This document shows, one piece after another, positions 26,844-32,000 of a DNA stretch of 32,000 nucleotides. The translations under genes were made by a program, and so were the position numbers. A model generated the notes under the pieces. The model was not told where the DNA came from. It searched no databases and saw only the letters and a program-made list of their open reading frames with translations. How positions within the stretch are numbered: position 1 is the stretch's first letter; the number at the start of each line of letters is the position of its first letter. This DNA comes from Candidatus Saccharimonadota bacterium (GTDB lineage Bacteria; Patescibacteriota; Gracilibacteria; BD1-5; UBA6164): positions 210,001 to 242,000 of the forward strand of contig OZ245768.1 in NCBI GenBank assembly GCA_965227835.1, in the 5' to 3' direction.

Positions 26844-29066
26844 TTAATCCAAATAAACTTCTCTAGGTTTACTACCATTTGCTGGTCCTACAACTCCTAA
26901 ATCTTCCAATATATCAAGAACTTTAGCAGCACGAGCATATCACAAACCTAGCTTTCTCTGTATAAGAGATGTAGATCATTTTTTTGATTCTCTAATTATT
27001 TCTATAGCTTTTTCTATCATCTCTGGATCTTCTTCTTGTTCTCCAGAATATCACTCCATTATACTTCAAGCATTTTTCGAAACTCATTCAACTATAGAAT
27101 TATCTTGCATATTTTTCAAAATATCTGGATCTATGGTTAGTTTTAATTTGTTAACCACAGATTCAATTTCATGAGTATCAATGAAAACTCATTGAACTCT
27201 GCTTTGTTCCATAGTACCAGTAGGATAATAAAGCATATCTCCACTACCAAGTAAATCTTCTGCTCATTTATTTCATAGAATAGTTTGAGAATCAATCTGA
27301 GAAGTAACAGTAAAGGCTATTCTAGATGGAATATTTGCTTTTATAAGCCCAGTAATAATATCAACAGAAGGTCTTTGGGTAGCAATTATTAAATGCATTC
27401 ATACAGCTCTGGCCATTTGAGCAATTCTAGATATAGAGCTTTCGACTTCTTTTTTATTTCAGCTCATCATAAGATCAGCAAGTTCATCTACAACTATAAT
27501 TATATATGGAAGTCTATCTTGTTTTTCAACTTTTGAGTTATATTCTTCAAAATTTTTGGCTTTTTTTTGTACTGCTAAATCATATCTCCTAAGCATCTCT
27601 GCTATACACCATTTCAAAGAATTCAAAGCTTTATCTGGATTTGTAATTACTGGGGTAAGCAGGTGAGGTATTCAATTGTACATAGATAACTCTACCCTCT
27701 TAGGATCAATCATTATAAATTTTAGTTTGCTTGGAGAAAATTTATAAAGAATAGATATCAAAAAAGCATTCATTCATACAGATTTACCAGAACCAGTTTG
27801 ACCAGCAATAAGTAAATGGGGCATCTTGGCTAAATCTCAAACTATTATTCATCAAGATACATCCTTTCAAACAGCCAAAGGTATTTCAAATTTCTTTGAT
27901 CTAAATTCTTTTGATTCTATTATTTCTTTTAATCAAACTGACTGTCTGTTATCATTTGGAACTTCTATTCAAACAACTCAAAGACCTGGGATAGGGGCTT
28001 GTATTCTTATATTTTTAGCATGAAGAGCAAGTGTTAAGTCTTTTTTGAGATTAGTTATTTTTCTAAGTGCTACTCATGCTTTTGGTTTCAGTCTATATTG
28101 TATTACGGTTGGTCATACCTGAAAACCTTGCATTATTACTTCTATTTTAAATTGCAATAATTTTTCTTGTATTTCTATTTCTTTTCTTCTAATTTCATTT
28201 TCATCAAATACTATATCTCCTCATCTATCTTCAAGTAAATCAGTTGAAGGTAGCTCCCAGTTTTTAAAGTCTTTGTCTGAATTTTTAAATCATATATCAC
28301 TTGGTTTCACAGAATTTGGTTTAGCCGAAAAAAGACTTTTAAATGATGATTTTTTTTCAACAGGTATCTTTCTAGTTTCGCTTGTATTTGTTTTTAAATG
28401 TTTTGCTTGTTTTGATTTTGCTAAACTTTCTTTTTCATTTTTCAAAGCTTCAAGCATTTTTTCATATTCTTCTTGTTTTTTTATAGCTTTGTTTAATTCT
28501 TTATTTTGTTTGGCAGAGTCTTTTATTTTTTTAAAATCAGATTTTATATTTTTACTATCATTATTTATATTTTGACCTATTTTTTTTGATACTTCAAATA
28601 GATTGATTAAAAATTTATATAAAGAGAATTTGAATAAAATAGTTAGAGAGAAAAGAAAAAGAATGACAAAAACTATAAATACTCAGAGTTTTCATAAGTA
28701 AATTTCTAAATGGGTTAGAAGATTGAAGACAGCTACATATTCTTGTTTCGTGAATATAAAATAAAAAATACCTACAATTGTTGTAGATGAGGATAAGTTG
28801 AATAATATTCAAAATACTCTGTAAAGATCAAAGTTTATACTTCTTTCTTTAAAAAGAAATATTGAAAATAAGATAAGCACAGGAGAAAATATATATTTGT
28901 AGTATTCTCCAAAAAGCTGGAATAAAAAATTTTGTAAATAAATTCAAAAAAGTCCTCAGGAGTTTTTATCTGCCAAAAAAGACATTATTCATAAGAAAAG
29001 TAATACTCAAGCAAATATGATGTTTTTTATTTCAGGTGGTAGTTTGTTTTTTTTATTTCTAAGCAC
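26844..29066 (-). CDS. ftsK: DNA translocase FtsK/SpoIIIE, 740 aa
   Basis: It has Walker A ([12 protein letters not shown]), [42 protein letters not shown], and a C-terminal gamma domain ending [15 protein letters not shown]. The N-terminus has TM segments. I verified the frame by hand for 27781-29066. The start is inferred as GTG at 29066. Confidence 0.9.
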
Positions 29067-29210
29067 AATACAAAGCTAAATTATAACAAAGGAATTATAT
29101 ATATTTTTTATAGTTTTCAAAAATGATTTGTTGGTAAAAATTTTGGATAGGAGATACTTGCAAATATAATAAGTAAAAATAATAGTTTAAAAAAACATTA
29201 ACTCTCAAAT

Positions 29211-30134
29211 ATGAACAATAGCCAATATTTATCACAATTTAAATGGAAATGATTAAGTTTTGATTATGGTTCAGATTATCATTTTGATTTAAAGAATTAT
29301 ACTCCCAAAAAAGTAAGTGAAATTATAAAAAAATACAAAAAAAATAATATATTAATTTTTACTGGGGATTTATATGACAATTTTAAAGGAAAAGATTTGA
29401 GCCAAGAAGTAGAAGAAGTATTAAATAGACTTGTTGGTTTAGGTTGATATGAATATGTATTATATACTCCAGGAAATCATGATATAAGATCTATAGAAAA
29501 ACCATTTTGTAGGAGTAAATTATTAAATGAGAGAGTAATAATTCCAGAAAATTATGTAAAAAAAATAACTTTATCTGGAGTAAATATACTTCTTTGAAAT
29601 GTTATGTATGAACCAATAATTCCTCCTGAAGAGATAGATATAAAAGCAGATGAATTAAATGATTTTTATAAGAAAATTTCCGATTGAAAATTTATAAAAG
29701 ATTTAAATCTTTGTGAATTTTCACAAATGGCAGAAATTGTTCGTAGTAACTTAAACAAAGATATAGATATAATTATAACTCATCCTCCAATTCATCCTTA
29801 TGCTTCAATTTTTATGTCTGAAGAAAAAACTCACAACACAGAAAGACTTATCAAAAAGTATGGTGTAAAATTTTTGTATGGAGAAGAAGCAAAAGAAAAA
29901 TGGGAGAAAACAATGAAAAAGTGGGGGCCAGAATATTATATGAGCTTCAAAGATTTTATAGATAAGTTTTGGAATCTAAAATCAATACTTATTGGTAGTA
30001 ATTTGCTAAATTGAGTTGATTTTCAAGATGGTTTACTTTCTATATTTGGACATATACATAGGTCTATGAATGATAGCTATATAGTTGATTGAAAAACTGT
30101 AAATTTTTTGTCTTTTCGAAGAGAAGAGGGTTAA
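29211..30134 (+). CDS. Calcineurin-like metallophosphoesterase, 307 aa
   Basis: It has LIFTGDLYDN, YTPGNHD, IIITHPPIHP and IFGHIHRS. Track ORF 29727-30014 is an internal fragment in the same frame. Confidence 0.8.
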
Positions 30135-30194
30135 CAAGGTTTTTAAAAAATATTTTTACTTGCATTAATGGGAAAAAAATGTATATATCTATAT

Positions 30195-31479
30195 CTCAAA
30201 ACTACCCACTTTTTATAAAATCGACATATGAGAATAAGGATAACTGAGGGAAATGTAGGTTGTTTTTATTATTTAAATTTTTAATATGTTTTTTAGGAGG
30301 TTTATACAACTTTGTTAAACAATAAGATATAAATTTAACAATAGAATTAGAATTCATAGTTATTCATCGAGATTTTGTATAATCTCTAAATCTAGATTTA
30401 AATCTAGAAGAAAGTATAAACCTCTGATTCTCACAAAAAGAATTATTCTTTTTATATATAGTCCTAGTCAAAGCCATAGCCAACTGTATAGTAGAAACAA
30501 AATTTTTAAATACTATTAAACTCTTAGCTTGAAGTTTCTCAAGCTGAAACTCCTGCTTCATAGTTTTAAATATTGTCTCTATTTCCCGTCTTTGTTTATA
30601 TTCTTCTATATCTGTTTTTCTTGAATTTGATAATATCCTCATTGGTTCAGGAAATTTAGGATTTGATTTAATATGAAGATATATTGATTCATTAACTGAA
30701 TTAATTCTTACCTTATGAACTCAATCTTTAAATTCCTTTAATTTCAAATATTTATTGGTTTTTAAATCAAAATATATCCTATTCTTTTTAGCTCTTATTA
30801 TCCATCTATTTACACTATTATTTAAAAACTCTATATATGATGCTATATCATATCAAGCATCATATACATATATTCACTTTCATTTAGTATAATCTTCTAC
30901 TTTTTTAATTAATTTTCAAAAATATTCAGATTTAAATTTATTAGTTAAATCTTCATACTCAAGTATTACAGGAATTCAATTTATACTTACTCAATGATAC
31001 ATATATCAAGAAACTATATTTCAAGTACTTCAATCTCTTACTTTAGATAAATTTTCTAGCTTCTTTGAGTATTGTTTTGCTATATCAACTTCATCAAAAA
31101 CTATATAATCATTTTTATTTATTTTTCATAACATAGAAAAACATCTTTTTTCTACTTTTAGGTTAAAATTTTTAAAACTATCTTTTTCAAAGAAATGTTT
31201 TATTTTTTCACTCATTTTGTTAGGATTTTTATATTTTCAAAATCATAATTTGTTCATTATTGTTGTTCTTAGCTTTATTATATCTCAAAAAAACTCTTTA
31301 ATAAATCTTTTATCATTTTTGCATTCATATTTCATTAAATATCATAGTTCTTTGTTTATTATTTTTTGTATTTCTTGCATAAAAAAAAGTAATAATAATA
31401 TATTACTTCAATTATTAGATTATCCCCTCTGTCAAGCTTTTTTTAGACTTTTTTATTAAAAAAACTGGGGAGTTTTGAG
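30195..31479 (-). mobile_element. IS4-like insertion sequence, copy 2 (1285 bp)
   Basis: It has the same sequence and orientation as 21283-22567, at an offset of 8912 bp. Its own 6-bp target duplication CTATAT lies at 30189-30194 and 31480-31485. Confidence 0.9.
30364..31380 (-). CDS. IS4-family DDE transposase, 338 aa (copy 2)
   Basis: It is identical to 21452-22468. The track ORFs 30364-30642 and 21452-21730 have identical peptides. Confidence 0.9.
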
Positions 31480-31605
31480 CTATATAGTTTATAAAAGTAA
31501 AAATATTTTTGTATATGAGTTTTGGATTATTATAATCTGTAAACAAAATTTAGTTTTTATAAACTATAGTACCCTCGTTCATTAAAACAAAAAGGAGTTT
31601 ATATT

Positions 31606-32000
31606 ATGACTTTATCACTAAATTTAGATCAAGAAGTCAAAAAGATGCAACTTAGATATAATATGTCTAAGATTTTTAGATATTTGCCTTTAGTTATAAT
31701 AGGATTAAGTGCTTTTTCTTTTCTATTAATGACTGTAAATATCTTCCTACTTTTTTTCTTCAACTACTCTTTGATAGGAGAGTATGTTATTTATTCTATA
31801 GAACCTCAAATAATTTTATGTATTTTGTCTACAATTATTATATATTATGGTTCTTATTGGGATAGAAAAACAATATTAATGGTAAATGCTTTATATCGAA
31901 GTTTCTTAGGACAGCTGGTATTTAAAAAAATCAAAGCTACAAGTAAGCAACTGGAAAATATAAGAAAAATAATAATTTGTAAACATCCATTTTTATTTGA
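31606..32000 (+). CDS. Hypothetical membrane protein (partial, runs off the window)
   Basis: The SD is aaaaaggagtttatattATG. The protein MTLSLNLDQEVKKMQLRYNMSKIFRYLPLVIIGLSAFSFLLMTVNIFLLFFF... has at least 3 hydrophobic segments. The frame stays open to the window end and uses no TGA. Confidence 0.6.
   Translation, partial: MTLSLNLDQEVKKMQLRYNMSKIFRYLPLVIIGLSAFSFLLMTVNIFLLFFFNYSLIGEYVIYSIEPQIILCILSTIIIYYGSYWDRKTILMVNALYRSFLGQLVFKKIKATSKQLENIRKIIICKHPFLF

Noticed and set aside
21283-31479. A composite transposon formed by the two IS4-like copies
   Set aside because: Each copy has its own matching 6-bp target duplication (TAAAAA and CTATAT), and the outer flanks do not match each other. The intervening genes include core functions such as ftsK.
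1-32000. TGA = Trp (code 4, Mycoplasma/Spiroplasma type) as the explanation for the in-frame TGAs in this AT-rich sequence
   Set aside because: The in-frame TGAs sit on invariant glycines, including RNase III ERLEFLGDAV, kinase DxGxG, PRTase loop and MutS GDFYE. Trp is still encoded by TGG at sensible positions.
1-32000. rRNA, tRNA, tmRNA or RNase P genes
   Set aside because: Scanning the GC-richer patches by eye, I found no cloverleaf-compatible segment and no conserved rRNA, tmRNA or RNase P motif. All the GC-rich islands are explained by the two repeat families. A tRNAscan or Infernal run is still needed to be sure.

Overview
This is an AT-rich bacterial chromosomal segment (by eye about 25-30% GC) that reads as genes only if TGA encodes glycine and TAA/TAG are the only stops. 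That is genetic code 25, known from Gracilibacteria and Absconditabacteria (SR1) in the CPR. The supplied standard-code ORF track is therefore fragmented and contains many antisense shadow ORFs. I retranslated both strands by hand. The window holds about 24 host genes: tilS, a histidine kinase/OmpR-type regulator pair, rpmF, nusB, a frameshifted RHH regulator, a wHTH-ComF-like PRTase, a pilin-like protein with a fibrinogen-related-domain-like module, rnc, yggT, ftsW/rodA, a truncated mutS, holA, an FNR-like reductase, a PfkB kinase, a possible U32-like protein, ftsK, a metallophosphoesterase and several hypotheticals. It also holds six IS copies from five families. One IS110-family element sits inside a GC-rich hairpin repeat. 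A 5-kb pile-up contains an IS481-family element, an IS4-like element, and an IS30-family element split by a nested IS5-family element. A second, apparently identical IS4-like copy lies 8.9 kb downstream of the first. Two families of GC-rich hairpin repeats lie downstream of genes, oriented with the upstream gene. I recognised no rRNA, tRNA or CRISPR. All coordinates and translations are hand-derived and should be confirmed with a table-25 gene caller.
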